From the IMG/VR virus record IMGVR_UViG_3300026121_000002, positions 1,894-65,893 of that record: a DNA stretch of 64,000 nucleotides; one strand, 5' to 3'. The notes below the pieces were generated by a model. The model was not told the DNA's origin and did no database searches. It was given only the letters and a program-made list of their open reading frames with translations. How positions within the stretch are numbered: the stretch's first letter is position 1; each line of letters starts with the position of its first letter. This DNA comes from a virus (taxonomy: Duplodnaviria; Caudoviricetes). Of this stretch, positions 39,088 through 48,976 are shown in pieces. The position numbers were made by a program, and so were the translations under genes.

Positions 39088-40277
39088 TGAGCCAGCCGAT
39101 CCCGACGACGCAGCAGCTCGCAGACGACTACATCGCGCAGGTCGACGCGTCGGTCGAGCAGAGCACGCCGTTTCTGGACAAGGCCTACACGCGTGTCGTC
39201 GCCAAGGTGCAGGCGGGCATGAACGTGCTGCTCTACAAGTACGCGAGCTGGATCGTGCTCCAGATCTTCGTGTCGACCGCGAGCATGCGCGAGACGGAGA
39301 TTCTCGGGAGGATGGTTCGTCCGCTCGTCGAGTGGGGTCGCCTGATCGGCGTGGGGGATCCGATCGCTGCGACTCGCGCCGAGCTGCAGGTCGCAATCAA
39401 GGTGCAGCGCGAGAGCGCAACACCGCTGTCGGCTGGCGCGCAGCTCATCTATCCGGCCACGGGTGTCGTCTATGTGACGACTGCGCCCGTGCTGCTGGAC
39501 GCTGCCTCCGTGGTCGCCACGGTGCGCGCGTCGAGCGATCAGCAGGGCGGCCATGGGGAAGGGACGATCGGCAACGTGCTGGCCGGCGCCACCCTGCAGT
39601 TCGCCAATCCCCTACCGAACGTGGCGCGGGACGTGGCTGTCGTCGCCCAGGTCGTCACAGGTGCCAACGCGGAGAGTGAAGCAGCCTATCGAGGTCGGGT
39701 GATCCGACGCTGCCAGCGCAAGCCCCAGGGAGGCGCCGTGGCGGACTATGCCGTCTGGGCAGAAGAGGCGGCGGGCATCACGCACGCGTACGTCTATCGG
39801 GGCGCACCGGGCGAGGTCGATGTGTACGTCGAAGCGACTCCCGAGAGCTCGGGCAGCGAGGACGGGGTACCCACGGTCGCGCAACGCAGCGCCGTCGACG
39901 AGCTCATCCAGCTCGACGTTGCGGGCAAGGCCACGCGGCGCCCCGTCGGCGCCGCGGTCAACATCCTGCCGATCAGGCGCGCAGCCTTCGACGTGCGCGT
40001 GACCGGCCTTGAGGGCGACGTAAGTACTAGACAGTCGATCGAAGACGCGCTCGACGAGTACCTACGGACGCGTGAGCCTTTCATCACGGGGCTGTCGATT
40101 CTGCCGCGCGCCGATCGCGTCACGCTCGCGGCGGTCTCGGGGATTGTCGACGATGTGGCGAGCTCGCTCGGCGGGTCAGTCGCGTCGGTCACCCTGTCGT
40201 TCGCCAACGAGGCGATCCCCGCATACACGCTCGGGCAAGGCGAGAAGGCCAAGCTCGGATCGATCATTTTCGTCTGA
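39084..40277 (+). CDS. baseplate J-like protein (Mu gp47)
   Basis: LVEWG, G..GN, GANAESEAAYR, PQGGAVADYAVWA and PGEVDVY. Confidence 0.92.
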   Translation: MMSQPIPTTQQLADDYIAQVDASVEQSTPFLDKAYTRVVAKVQAGMNVLLYKYASWIVLQIFVSTASMRETEILGRMVRPLVEWGRLIGVGDPIAATRAELQVAIKVQRESATPLSAGAQLIYPATGVVYVTTAPVLLDAASVVATVRASSDQQGGHGEGTIGNVLAGATLQFANPLPNVARDVAVVAQVVTGANAESEAAYRGRVIRRCQRKPQGGAVADYAVWAEEAAGITHAYVYRGAPGEVDVYVEATPESSGSEDGVPTVAQRSAVDELIQLDVAGKATRRPVGAAVNILPIRRAAFDVRVTGLEGDVSTRQSIEDALDEYLRTREPFITGLSILPRADRVTLAAVSGIVDDVASSLGGSVASVTLSFANEAIPAYTLGQGEKAKLGSIIFV

Positions 40278-40290
40278 CCGAGGTTCGCTC

Positions 40291-41169
40291 GTGGCCATCA
40301 TTCCCAAGTCGAAGTACCCGGCACAGACCGAAGTCAACGACCCCGGCTACCCGAATGGCAAGGCGCGGAACGTAGGGACGCCTGGTGATGGCAGCGGGAC
40401 GCCCTGGGAAGCGGACCTGGTCAACGACCTCTGGGGGTTTCAGCAGGCCCTGCTCGCCGCAGGCGGCTTGGCTCCATCGAACACGCCCGATAAGGTTGGC
40501 GCGTCGCAGTACCTGACCGCGGTCAACAACATCGTCAGGGCCGCGACTAGCCTGCTCGCGGGAACGCTGTATCAGACCGTCAGCTTTCTGGAAAAGTCCT
40601 ATCAGTGGAAGGGGAGCCACGGCTTTGCGGAGAGCGTCGGCGTGTTCGATGCGTTCGTCGTCGGTGGCGACACGAACGAAATCACCTACGGAGATGACCT
40701 TGGCAGCGCGCGACCGCGCCTACGGACCAGGATGCTGCCGATTCTGAATGGGAGGGAGGGACTACAATCCGCGCAATGGAGCCACCTCGCCATTCTCGGC
40801 AATCCATCATCGATAGTGTCCGTGGTCGACAACGCAGTATTGGTCTTGAGCTTCAACCTGCCGCATGAATCAAAACTAACTCGTGTCCGAGTTGCGCTAA
40901 GCGATGGGCACGGCGCCGCATTCGACGTCCAGGCGAATCAGATTCGGACAGCACTCAGCCCGCCCTACCAAAACGCAGGGACCACCCTGGGAACAGACAC
41001 GCAGACATTCGCAGCAGACGGGCTCATTTCGATTGATACGAGCGCGACGGCGCTTCTCACGAATGGCGCGCAGGACGTGTTTCAGGTGACTCTGGTTGCC
41101 CATGCAGCCGCGCAAGCGATTACATTCTGCGAAGTGCAGTTCGCCGATCCAGGGCCCCGGAACTTTTGA
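40291..41169 (+). CDS. tail fibre/receptor-binding protein
   Basis: N-terminal GTPWEADLVND...SQYLTAV fibre anchor; C-terminal part has lower GC. Confidence 0.7.
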   Translation: MAIIPKSKYPAQTEVNDPGYPNGKARNVGTPGDGSGTPWEADLVNDLWGFQQALLAAGGLAPSNTPDKVGASQYLTAVNNIVRAATSLLAGTLYQTVSFLEKSYQWKGSHGFAESVGVFDAFVVGGDTNEITYGDDLGSARPRLRTRMLPILNGREGLQSAQWSHLAILGNPSSIVSVVDNAVLVLSFNLPHESKLTRVRVALSDGHGAAFDVQANQIRTALSPPYQNAGTTLGTDTQTFAADGLISIDTSATALLTNGAQDVFQVTLVAHAAAQAITFCEVQFADPGPRNF

Positions 41170-41416
41170 TGTGCTGCGGCAGGTTCGACCTGACCTTCGT
41201 GACCGTGCCGCGCAGATCGAAGTGCAGCTTGAGGGATGTGTTTTCGATCGCGACCATGGAATCGCGCTGATCCTTCTCGGCGTCGAAGTGCTCGAGCGCG
41301 CGGGCTTCGGACTGCCCGCGATTAATGTTCTGTTCGAGCAGATGATGGCAGTGCCTACCGAGGTCGACCCACGGACCGACACGCGAGGCACGTAAGGTGT
41401 AGGCGCACGAGAGAGG

Positions 41417-42160
41417 TTGCTGATGCTCTTCTTCCGGATCTACCAGCACCTCCTACCGCAGGCGACCGCCTGGCGGCTGACGATCGAGACCACTCTCCGG
41501 CGGTACTGGCTCGGGCTGTCGGCCGCGCCGGCGGACGTCCGGGCGCACCTTGACCAGACGTGGCGCGGGATCTTCCCGGATGCGACCGACGAGCTCGCGC
41601 TGTGGGAGCGGCAGTTCGGGCTGCTGCCTGCGGCGACCGAAGCGGATCGACGGCTGCAGCTTGCCGTGACGTGGGCGGCACAGGGTGGGCAGTCCCCGAG
41701 CTATCTCGAGGGGCTCGTCCGATCGGCGGGCTTCGACGTCTACCTCTACGAGTGGTGGACATCGGGCCCGCCGTACATGGCACGTGACCCTCGCACATAC
41801 ACGACGCAGCCGGAGATCGGGACCGTCCAGTGTGGCGAACCGCTCGCGCAGTGCACGGCGGCCGAGATGCTGCCGCCCGACCCGCTGCCCGACGGAGTCA
41901 CGCTGTCGGATCTGTACCCGCAGTGCAATCGCTTCCTACGGAACGAGCCAGGGTACCTGGTCAACGACAACCTCACACCGAATGCGCCGCCCGGTGTCCC
42001 CGACGACCCCGATGCGTGGCCCTACTTTGTCTACTGGTCGGGCTCGCCGATCAGCGTGAAGGCGCAGGTCCCTGCAACTCGTCGTGCGGAGCTCGAGCGC
42101 ATGCTGCTGAAGTACTGCCCTGAGCACTGCTGGATCGTGACCCACGTCGACTACGTCTAA
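41417..42160 (+). CDS. baseplate protein (DUF2313/Mu gp48-like)
   Basis: LLPQATAW, LALWERQFGL, GGQSPSYL and KYCPEH. Confidence 0.8.
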   Translation: MLMLFFRIYQHLLPQATAWRLTIETTLRRYWLGLSAAPADVRAHLDQTWRGIFPDATDELALWERQFGLLPAATEADRRLQLAVTWAAQGGQSPSYLEGLVRSAGFDVYLYEWWTSGPPYMARDPRTYTTQPEIGTVQCGEPLAQCTAAEMLPPDPLPDGVTLSDLYPQCNRFLRNEPGYLVNDNLTPNAPPGVPDDPDAWPYFVYWSGSPISVKAQVPATRRAELERMLLKYCPEHCWIVTHVDYV

Positions 42161-42169
42161 GGGGAAACC

Positions 42170-42586
42170 ATGGCCAATGAACGCAGCTCGATCCGAATCG
42201 GACCCTTTCATCTCGGCTCGGGTGGGCCGAACCAAGCTCTTGCGAGCGCGGAGAGCTTCTCGATTCCGAGCAGTGGGCAGCTCACGGTGCAGTGCGTGGT
42301 CTATGACAGCACAGGTGGCAAGACGGCCGCGCCGACCGACGGGCCAGCGGGGACCTTTCAGCTGTGGATCAGCGGCGACGACAAGGAACCGTTCACCCGC
42401 GTCACCGAAGCGGACGGGGCGGAGGGTCTTGGTCGCTTTTCGCTGACTGGGAACAACGTGCTGTTGAATGCACTGGTCAACTTCGAGAACGTGCCAGGTG
42501 TCCGCGCCAAGCTGCTTTTTGTCCGCACCGCAGGTGGCGCCGCGGGCGCGAATGCACGGTGTCAATTTTTGATCTCGAGAGGCTGA
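42170..42586 (+). CDS. hypothetical virion protein
   Basis: Good ribosome-binding site; beta-rich. Confidence 0.55.
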   Translation: MANERSSIRIGPFHLGSGGPNQALASAESFSIPSSGQLTVQCVVYDSTGGKTAAPTDGPAGTFQLWISGDDKEPFTRVTEADGAEGLGRFSLTGNNVLLNALVNFENVPGVRAKLLFVRTAGGAAGANARCQFLISRG

Positions 42587-42592
42587 TCCATC

Positions 42593-44194
42593 ATGCCGAA
42601 TCTCGCGAAGAACCTCGCTGCCCCGAGTGGTACCAGCACCGGCGGCGGGGGGGCGGTTGATTCCGTCTTTGGTCGCACTGGCGTTGTGCTGCCGGTAGCA
42701 AACGACTACGCCGCGTCGGAAGTTCGAAACGACTCGGGGGTGGATGGCAACACGGTTGCCGAGGCCCTTGCAGCGCTAGCAGCGACAAGTGGGGATGGCA
42801 CTGGCGCCAGCTCTTCGGACGACATCACCAATGAGTCCGATGTCGTCGGCGCGACGGTCACTCTCGCGCTCAATACCTTGAACGCAGACATCGCGTCTGC
42901 AGTTGTCGGCGGCAACGTCGGGTCCGATGCCGTCGCCAACGAATCGACTGTCACGGGGACGACCGTCTCGGATGCTCTGGAGTCACTAAAGACGAGTATT
43001 GGTACCACTGGCGGCAGTAGTAGCTCCGACGACGTCTCGAATGAGTCGGCCGTCACGGGCGCGACGGTGACTGTAGCACTCAACACGCTCAACGCGCGAC
43101 CGGCTGGTGGCGAAGTCAACCAGGCAGTCAACACCTCCCTCGTAACCGCTGGCCAGGCGTCAATTATCAGCGGCAAGGTCGGCACGGACCTCGTCTTTAA
43201 AAAGCTGCGCCGAGGTGCCAACATCATCTTTGACGCCATCCCCGATGAAGTGATGATCGGCGCCGCGATCATCGCGGGCCGCACCCTCGCCATCACGCTG
43301 ACCGGGCCAATGGACGCCGACTCCAGCGGGTCAGTGGTGGACGTGTCCGCCATTGCCTTCAGCGCGGCTACTCCGCAAACCGTGCTTGGCTTGGCGAGTC
43401 CTGGCCCCGACGGATACGTCCGCACTTACCTCGTCTACAACCCCGGCAACGTGCCGATCACGCTGAAGCACTCGGCCTCGACTTATGGCGCAGGCTCAAG
43501 CTTCGCGGGTCCCGGCAACGCGGACTATTTGCTGAAGCCGAATGCCGTCGTCATTGTCACGAAGGCTGACCAGGTCACGCCGTTCGTGATCCGTCCGCTC
43601 GCCACGCAGGCGGATCTCGTGGTGCCGGTGCCGAGCGTGTTCGGCCGGACCGGCGCGGTGGTTCCCGTCGCAGATGACTACCTCGCATCGCAAATCAAAA
43701 ATGATGCTGGCTTTGGTGGCGCCACGGTGGCCACGGCGCTCAACGCGCTCAACGCCAAAGCCATCCCCACGGGCTCCAGCGACCTCGCGAATCAATCAAG
43801 CGTGACGGGCGGCGGCGCTACCGTTACGACCGCGCTCAACGCATTGCAGACTGCGGTCGCAAGCGCTGGCGGCAGCGACGTTCTCACGTTCAATGACCAG
43901 ACCGGCACCGCCTACACGTTCGTGCTGACCGACGGCAAAAAGGACGTGCTCGTCCGAGGCAGCAACGCTGCATCGCAGACCTTCACCATCCCGTCGAACA
44001 GCACGGTACCGTTTCCGATCGGCACCGTGCTCGGGCTCCTCTGGTACGGCGTAGGCCAACCATCGTTCGCGATTGCCGGCCCTGACACACTCAACCCTGC
44101 TGGCACGACGCTCAAGCTGCGGCAGCGAAACTCGATTGCCTACGCAACGAAGATGACCGCCACGTCATGGATCGCCTCGGGAGACCTGGCCTGA
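42593..44194 (+). CDS. repeat-rich fibre-like virion protein
   Basis: Repeats of SVFGRTGxV and S..V.NES.V.G.TV..AL..L. Confidence 0.65.
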   Translation: MPNLAKNLAAPSGTSTGGGGAVDSVFGRTGVVLPVANDYAASEVRNDSGVDGNTVAEALAALAATSGDGTGASSSDDITNESDVVGATVTLALNTLNADIASAVVGGNVGSDAVANESTVTGTTVSDALESLKTSIGTTGGSSSSDDVSNESAVTGATVTVALNTLNARPAGGEVNQAVNTSLVTAGQASIISGKVGTDLVFKKLRRGANIIFDAIPDEVMIGAAIIAGRTLAITLTGPMDADSSGSVVDVSAIAFSAATPQTVLGLASPGPDGYVRTYLVYNPGNVPITLKHSASTYGAGSSFAGPGNADYLLKPNAVVIVTKADQVTPFVIRPLATQADLVVPVPSVFGRTGAVVPVADDYLASQIKNDAGFGGATVATALNALNAKAIPTGSSDLANQSSVTGGGATVTTALNALQTAVASAGGSDVLTFNDQTGTAYTFVLTDGKKDVLVRGSNAASQTFTIPSNSTVPFPIGTVLGLLWYGVGQPSFAIAGPDTLNPAGTTLKLRQRNSIAYATKMTATSWIASGDLA

Positions 44195-45732
44195 TGCGAC
44201 CCGGCTATGCCAGACGTCCTAGCGGTGCCAAGGCATTGCGCCCGAATTTCCACTACTCGGCAGCCCAAGCCGTGACGGATGGAACGAACTTGATCTCGCT
44301 GCCGGAGCTTATTGGCGGCGCCTCGTCGCTAGTCGTCTCGGCCGGTGTGATCGCGGCCCCTGCGCCGGATGCGCTGTTCAACGGGGCGCCGTCGATCGCA
44401 TTCACGGGGACGCAGCACGTGACGTCGGATGCGGCTGTCTCCCTTACCACGTTCATGCACGACGGCAGCGGCTGCGAGATTGCGCATGTCCTGGTCAACA
44501 CAGCGGCGGCGGGCAGTACGCGGACCGTCAGCAGCACGAACATGGGGTCGGCCGGCCAAGGCCACCTCATGTCGCACCACACGACGAACGACACCTACGT
44601 CGCCGTCACAGACAACGGCGGCACGCTGATCGCGCAAACGCTGATCGCGACTGGCGTCGGCAAGCCGGGCTATCCCGGCGTTCCCTACCTGTTCAATTGG
44701 CATGGTCAAAAGTTCTACGGGAACATGCAGGAGAACGTGCAGCACGTGAACGTGCTGTCGCAGACCGTACTCGCTGGTGCAGACCCGCCGTATCTTGGCA
44801 CGGCAGGACCCTTCCGCCTCGGCGCGCGCAACACGACGGCGGCAGGCGGACCCGGCAACAACTTCGGTCAGTTCCGCTGGTGTGAGACGTTCATCTTTAG
44901 CCGAATCCTGACGGCATACGAGCGCGAGCAACTTCGCGACTACGTCCAGCAGACGTACGGCATCGACGCGCATGCTTTCGCGTTCAACAACGCCGAGAGG
45001 CAAGTTCTTGCGCTCGATCCTTACTCCTGGCTGCGCCCTGACTACGTCACGATCGCGGCCGGCAAGGTAACCGAACTGAAGGAACTTTCTGGCAGCGGTG
45101 GGCTCTGGCCGCAGGCTACGACCACGCGGCAGATTGCAACGCCTGCGCCTGATGCTGAGTTCAACAATCAGCCCGTGGGCATTTTCACGGGTGCAGCGGC
45201 GCAGAGCTATCAGTACAGCCTGCCGACGTTCTCCTGGTCGAACGTAATATCCGGCCTCAGCGGCGGCGAGCACTGGCACGTGCTCGCGCCTACGGCAGCA
45301 GCCGCGTTCACGCTGCATCAAGTCGGCGGATCCGCCACTACCGATCCTCGGTACCTCCACAAGCTGGACCTGACGACGGGCGGAAGCTTGCCGGTGATCG
45401 GCGGCAACTCCGGTGCAGTCGTGGCGCCAGCAGGCGGCTCGGCAGTCGTGCTCAACGCTCCGACCTACGTAGGCGCGTACTACCAAAAAAACCGGCCCGG
45501 AAACGAGTGGGCGTCCTATCACAAGCGGACATTGCTGGCCTCGGGCAACGGGCTCACCGCCCCTGGTGGGAACGCTGGCTACCCCATGATGCTCGGCGCG
45601 TCTACGACGGCCGGCGCGACGCCCGCTGCGATGAGGTGGGCCGAGTCGATCTTCTTTCGGAAGGTGCTGACGGATGTCGACCGTCAGATTTGGTGGGACT
45701 ACCTCGCGCAGCGCTACGCGATGTCGGCGTGA
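44194..45732 (+). CDS. tandem LamG/ConA-like domain virion protein
   Basis: Two similar halves (FNGAPSIAF / FNNQPVGIF; RWCETFIFSRILT / RWAESIFFRKVLT). Confidence 0.6.
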   Translation: MRPGYARRPSGAKALRPNFHYSAAQAVTDGTNLISLPELIGGASSLVVSAGVIAAPAPDALFNGAPSIAFTGTQHVTSDAAVSLTTFMHDGSGCEIAHVLVNTAAAGSTRTVSSTNMGSAGQGHLMSHHTTNDTYVAVTDNGGTLIAQTLIATGVGKPGYPGVPYLFNWHGQKFYGNMQENVQHVNVLSQTVLAGADPPYLGTAGPFRLGARNTTAAGGPGNNFGQFRWCETFIFSRILTAYEREQLRDYVQQTYGIDAHAFAFNNAERQVLALDPYSWLRPDYVTIAAGKVTELKELSGSGGLWPQATTTRQIATPAPDAEFNNQPVGIFTGAAAQSYQYSLPTFSWSNVISGLSGGEHWHVLAPTAAAAFTLHQVGGSATTDPRYLHKLDLTTGGSLPVIGGNSGAVVAPAGGSAVVLNAPTYVGAYYQKNRPGNEWASYHKRTLLASGNGLTAPGGNAGYPMMLGASTTAGATPAAMRWAESIFFRKVLTDVDRQIWWDYLAQRYAMSA

Positions 45733-45747
45733 AGGAGGCAGCCGTGG

Positions 45748-46341
45748 ATGCAAACATGGTGGGCAGAGCATGGCGAGACGCTGACCAAGAGCGCAGGCGG
45801 CGCGCTGGCGGCCGTGGTGACGCTAGGGTTCGCGTTGCTCAAACGTGGGGCAGACAAGCGCCTGCAGAAGGCCGACAAGAGTCTGCCGCCGCCGACCCTG
45901 CCCCTGCCGCCGCCCGCTCCTGTGCGCCCGAGCGCGCCCTCAAAGTCGTTCGCCGTGCCGGAGATCTCGCGCGTTGCCTTCAGTGTCATCGAGGACATGC
46001 AACGCGAAGCGAGAAAGCTCCGCGCCGAACGCGACCAGCTCACGCACGAAAACGCGGTTCAAGCGACGGTGATCATGGGACTGCAAGCCGAGCTCGCGGA
46101 GCTGCAACGCGTGATCGCCGCCGGAGGTAGCTATGGAACCGGTAACGCCAGAGCAAACCGATCCGATCCTGACACTGGTACTCATCGCGATTTCAGCGAT
46201 CTTCAGTCTGCTAACCGCCGGCGCGCTATGGCTCAAAAAGAAGGGGCTCGAGCAGACCGAACGAGCGACGGGCATCAAGGCGAGCGACGGCGCGTCCAAG
46301 ACGATCGACCAGATCATCACCACCGTGATCGCCTACGCTGA
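45748..46341 (+). CDS. membrane-anchored coiled-coil protein (lysis region)
   Basis: AGGAGG ribosome-binding site, one TM segment, coiled coil; 3' end overlaps the holin by about 200 nt. Confidence 0.5.
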   Translation: MQTWWAEHGETLTKSAGGALAAVVTLGFALLKRGADKRLQKADKSLPPPTLPLPPPAPVRPSAPSKSFAVPEISRVAFSVIEDMQREARKLRAERDQLTHENAVQATVIMGLQAELAELQRVIAAGGSYGTGNARANRSDPDTGTHRDFSDLQSANRRRAMAQKEGARADRTSDGHQGERRRVQDDRPDHHHRDRLR

Positions 46342-46633
46342 GGAGCAAGCGCGGAAGTATGCCCGCGGCCTGAGCACGAGCGCTCCCGCCACCGGCGCGG
46401 ACAAGCTGCAAGTAGCTAAGTCGGCCGCACGGAGCATTGCGCCGGCCGGCATCCTCGAGTCCGTGAGCGAGGAGCAGCTCGAGATCTTGATCGAGGCCAA
46501 GTTGCAGAGCTTGCGACCGTCCATGTCGCCGCCGAGCTTGCCGCCGGTGCCGCGCTCGAGCTTGCCGCCACCGCCGAGCATCCCGAGCGGCTTCACGCTG
46601 CCCACGCCAGTGCCGCCGCGGAGGAACCCATGA
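46133..46633 (+). CDS. putative holin (LL-H-like)
   Basis: GGAGG ribosome-binding site; N-terminal TM; VIAYAEEQ...TGADKL...IEAKL pattern. Confidence 0.65.
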   Translation: MEPVTPEQTDPILTLVLIAISAIFSLLTAGALWLKKKGLEQTERATGIKASDGASKTIDQIITTVIAYAEEQARKYARGLSTSAPATGADKLQVAKSAARSIAPAGILESVSEEQLEILIEAKLQSLRPSMSPPSLPPVPRSSLPPPPSIPSGFTLPTPVPPRRNP

Positions 46634-47001
46634 GCTTCCTCGTCTGCAGTAAGGCGCACGCGCGTGTTCTGCGGCGCGCGCTTCGCTGTGCGGAGGGTCT
46701 ACCCGTTCGCGTGGAGTCGTCTGATCGGACGACCTACCCGAGCGACGTCAAGCTCGACGACAGCGGCGATCCCGTCGCGGCGCCGGGATGGATCACCGAG
46801 GCAACCGGCGAATACATCGAGGTCGGCGACTTGGCCGCGCTCGAGATACCGGCCGCGCTCGAGCGGCACCTCGCCGCTGTCATCATCGTGGACGGCCAGG
46901 CGGTCGAGATGCCCACCGAGGACGAGCTCGTCGAAGAGGCCGATTTGCCGCCCGAGCTGCAAGGCGCGCTCGCGGCACGACGAGCGCGGAGGGACCCATG
47001 A
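46630..47001 (+). CDS. hypothetical protein
   Basis: Start overlaps the upstream stop (ATGA). Confidence 0.55.
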   Translation: MSFLVCSKAHARVLRRALRCAEGLPVRVESSDRTTYPSDVKLDDSGDPVAAPGWITEATGEYIEVGDLAALEIPAALERHLAAVIIVDGQAVEMPTEDELVEEADLPPELQGALAARRARRDP

Positions 47002-47170
47002 ATGAAGATGCCCGAGACAAGGCCAAGGACATCGGAAAGCAGGCCGCGAGCAGTGTGGTCGGCGTCGTGCTCAAGCCGCTTGTGCGCTTGGTTGGCGACA
47101 AGATGGAGACGGCGAAGCGGCCGTTCTGGCGCAAGCTCGTGCGCGCGTTTCGTGGTGAGAAAAAGGAGCC

Positions 47171-47893
47171 GTGATGCCGCTCGCACCCGTGCCGAAGCGC
47201 ATGCTCTGTCTCGTGCCCGACCAGAACACGGTGGGCAAGAGCGATGCGACGGGTGCGTTCTTACCCGAGGCGCGCGCGTTCGCTCGCTGTCACGGCCAGA
47301 ACCCCGACGCGATCATCGCGCGCTTCCCTGCGCGTGAGCTGTTCCTGCGCCGGCGTGCGGTCTGTGTGCGCGCGATCGAAAGCGCTGCCCCGCTCGACGT
47401 GCTCGCCTTCTTTTGCCACGGCTGGCGGGACGGGCTGCAGGCCGGTTGGCAGCGGAACACCATTCTTCATCTGGCCCGGACCCTCGCCCAGCAGGCGGCG
47501 CGCGATGCACATGTGGTGCTGTACGCCTGTGACACCGGCCGCGACGTCGACGAGGCGCGAGAGGACGACAGGGAACCCGGCCCGGGTGGCGATGGCGGCT
47601 TTGCGGACGAGCTGCGCGACGCGTGCGAGGCGCTCGGGCGGCAGGTCACCGTGGTTGGTCATGCGACGCCGGGACACTGTACGTGGAACTCCTACGCCAG
47701 ACGCTTCGTGCCCGGCTGCGGCGGCCGCGGTGGGCAGTGGTTCGTCGAGCCCGCGTCGCCGCTGTGGCTGGCGTGGGTACGCGCGCTGCGCGAGCCACGG
47801 GGGACGCTCAGGTATCGGTTCTGGGGGATGACGCCGGCGGAGATCGCGGCCGAGCTCGGCGGGAGCGAGGGGAGCGGCCCGTTGGTCGCGTGA
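47171..47893 (+). CDS. hypothetical protein with caspase/clan-CD-like His-Gly...Ala-Cys motifs (DUF4347-like)
   Basis: LAFFCHG, VVLYACDTG and GFADEL. Confidence 0.5.
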   Translation: MMPLAPVPKRMLCLVPDQNTVGKSDATGAFLPEARAFARCHGQNPDAIIARFPARELFLRRRAVCVRAIESAAPLDVLAFFCHGWRDGLQAGWQRNTILHLARTLAQQAARDAHVVLYACDTGRDVDEAREDDREPGPGGDGGFADELRDACEALGRQVTVVGHATPGHCTWNSYARRFVPGCGGRGGQWFVEPASPLWLAWVRALREPRGTLRYRFWGMTPAEIAAELGGSEGSGPLVA

Positions 47894-47935
47894 AAACGCG
47901 AATGTCCAGACTAGACATCAACCCGCAAACTCGCC

Positions 47936-48138
47936 TGTGGATAACTTCTCTAAGTGGGGCTCCGCGCCGGAGCAAACACCTCTTACCAATGAGCCAAGCA
48001 ACTTATTGAATCTGCTCTATTCATACGTTTTTAAGAACCCCCCGAACGGCAGTTCCTTCGCTGCTCGGTTAAATGTGAGCAAGAAGTGGACAAACATGTG
48101 GACTAGTGTGGAGACGCCGTAGAGACGCCTGTGGACAA
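47936..48138. repeat. cluster of DnaA-box-like nonamers in an AT-rich intergenic region
   Basis: TGTGGATAA at 47936, AGTGGACAA at 48085, TGTGGACTA at 48097, TGTGGAGAC at 48107, TGTGGACAA at 48130. Confidence 0.5.
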
Positions 48139-48535
48139 CGATAAGTCCCCACATTTCAAGGCGCTAGCTGCGCAAGAAACCGTGCCTGGAACCCTTGACC
48201 AGTAAGGAGTGATCCCAGACAACTATGTGGGCATGACGCGCGCTGGTCGATTCGGCCATGTCGTCGACTGAAGGGGGAACAAGCCATCGAGCAAAAACTC
48301 ACGGCTTAAAAAGCAAGAGAGCCCGCGTTTGCCCGCGGACTCTCTGTGACTGAGCAAGCGCCTTGTGGGTACCCGCATCGTCGCGTCACGGCTTCGATGA
48401 TGGTGTCCGCTTGGCCGAAGGTCAAGCTGCGGACGGGGGTAGGACGCGCGGGGCGCGTGACCGTTCGCGGCCTGTTGTGGCGTGCCGCCTGTACGGAGGC
48501 GCCCGACCACAAGCCCTTGTGGCGTAGGGAGCACA

Positions 48536-48976
48536 ATGTCGAAGCGTAGTGGCGGCGGGGGCGCGGGCGCCCCCAAGACAAAGCTGACCAAGTCTAAGGA
48601 AGTTCAGCTTGCTGACATTCACCAGAAGATGGTCTTTTGGGACGGCGTCTGGGGAACGACACGCACATTCATCACATGGATCGGAGTGGTCGGTTGTGCG
48701 TTCTGCGTCTATCTTTCGGCGAAGGAACTCGCGGGTCGTCAGACCATCACGTTTTTCCAAGTCCTCGGTGAAATTCGAGCGGACCAATGGATCGCGTACA
48801 TCGTGGCTACAGTGAGTTCGACCGCTTCTGCGATCCTGCTGCGCACTAACCGACGTCTTGCCAAACAGAGACCTGAGTACGCAACGGAACTTGAGCGGCG
48901 CCTCGACCCAATGCGAACATCGAGTGGCCTAGACGAGACGGGCAAACCCCGGCCGGAGGATAAGGATGGAGGCTAG
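48536..48976 (+). CDS. moron-type membrane protein (2 TM)
   Basis: GGGAG ribosome-binding site; two hydrophobic segments; lower GC. Confidence 0.65.
   Translation: MSKRSGGGGAGAPKTKLTKSKEVQLADIHQKMVFWDGVWGTTRTFITWIGVVGCAFCVYLSAKELAGRQTITFFQVLGEIRADQWIAYIVATVSSTASAILLRTNRRLAKQRPEYATELERRLDPMRTSSGLDETGKPRPEDKDGG

Noticed and set aside
42593-45732. Diversity-generating retroelement acting on the fibre genes
   Set aside because: No reverse transcriptase and no template/variable repeat pair differing at adenines was seen; the repeats are degenerate at protein level.
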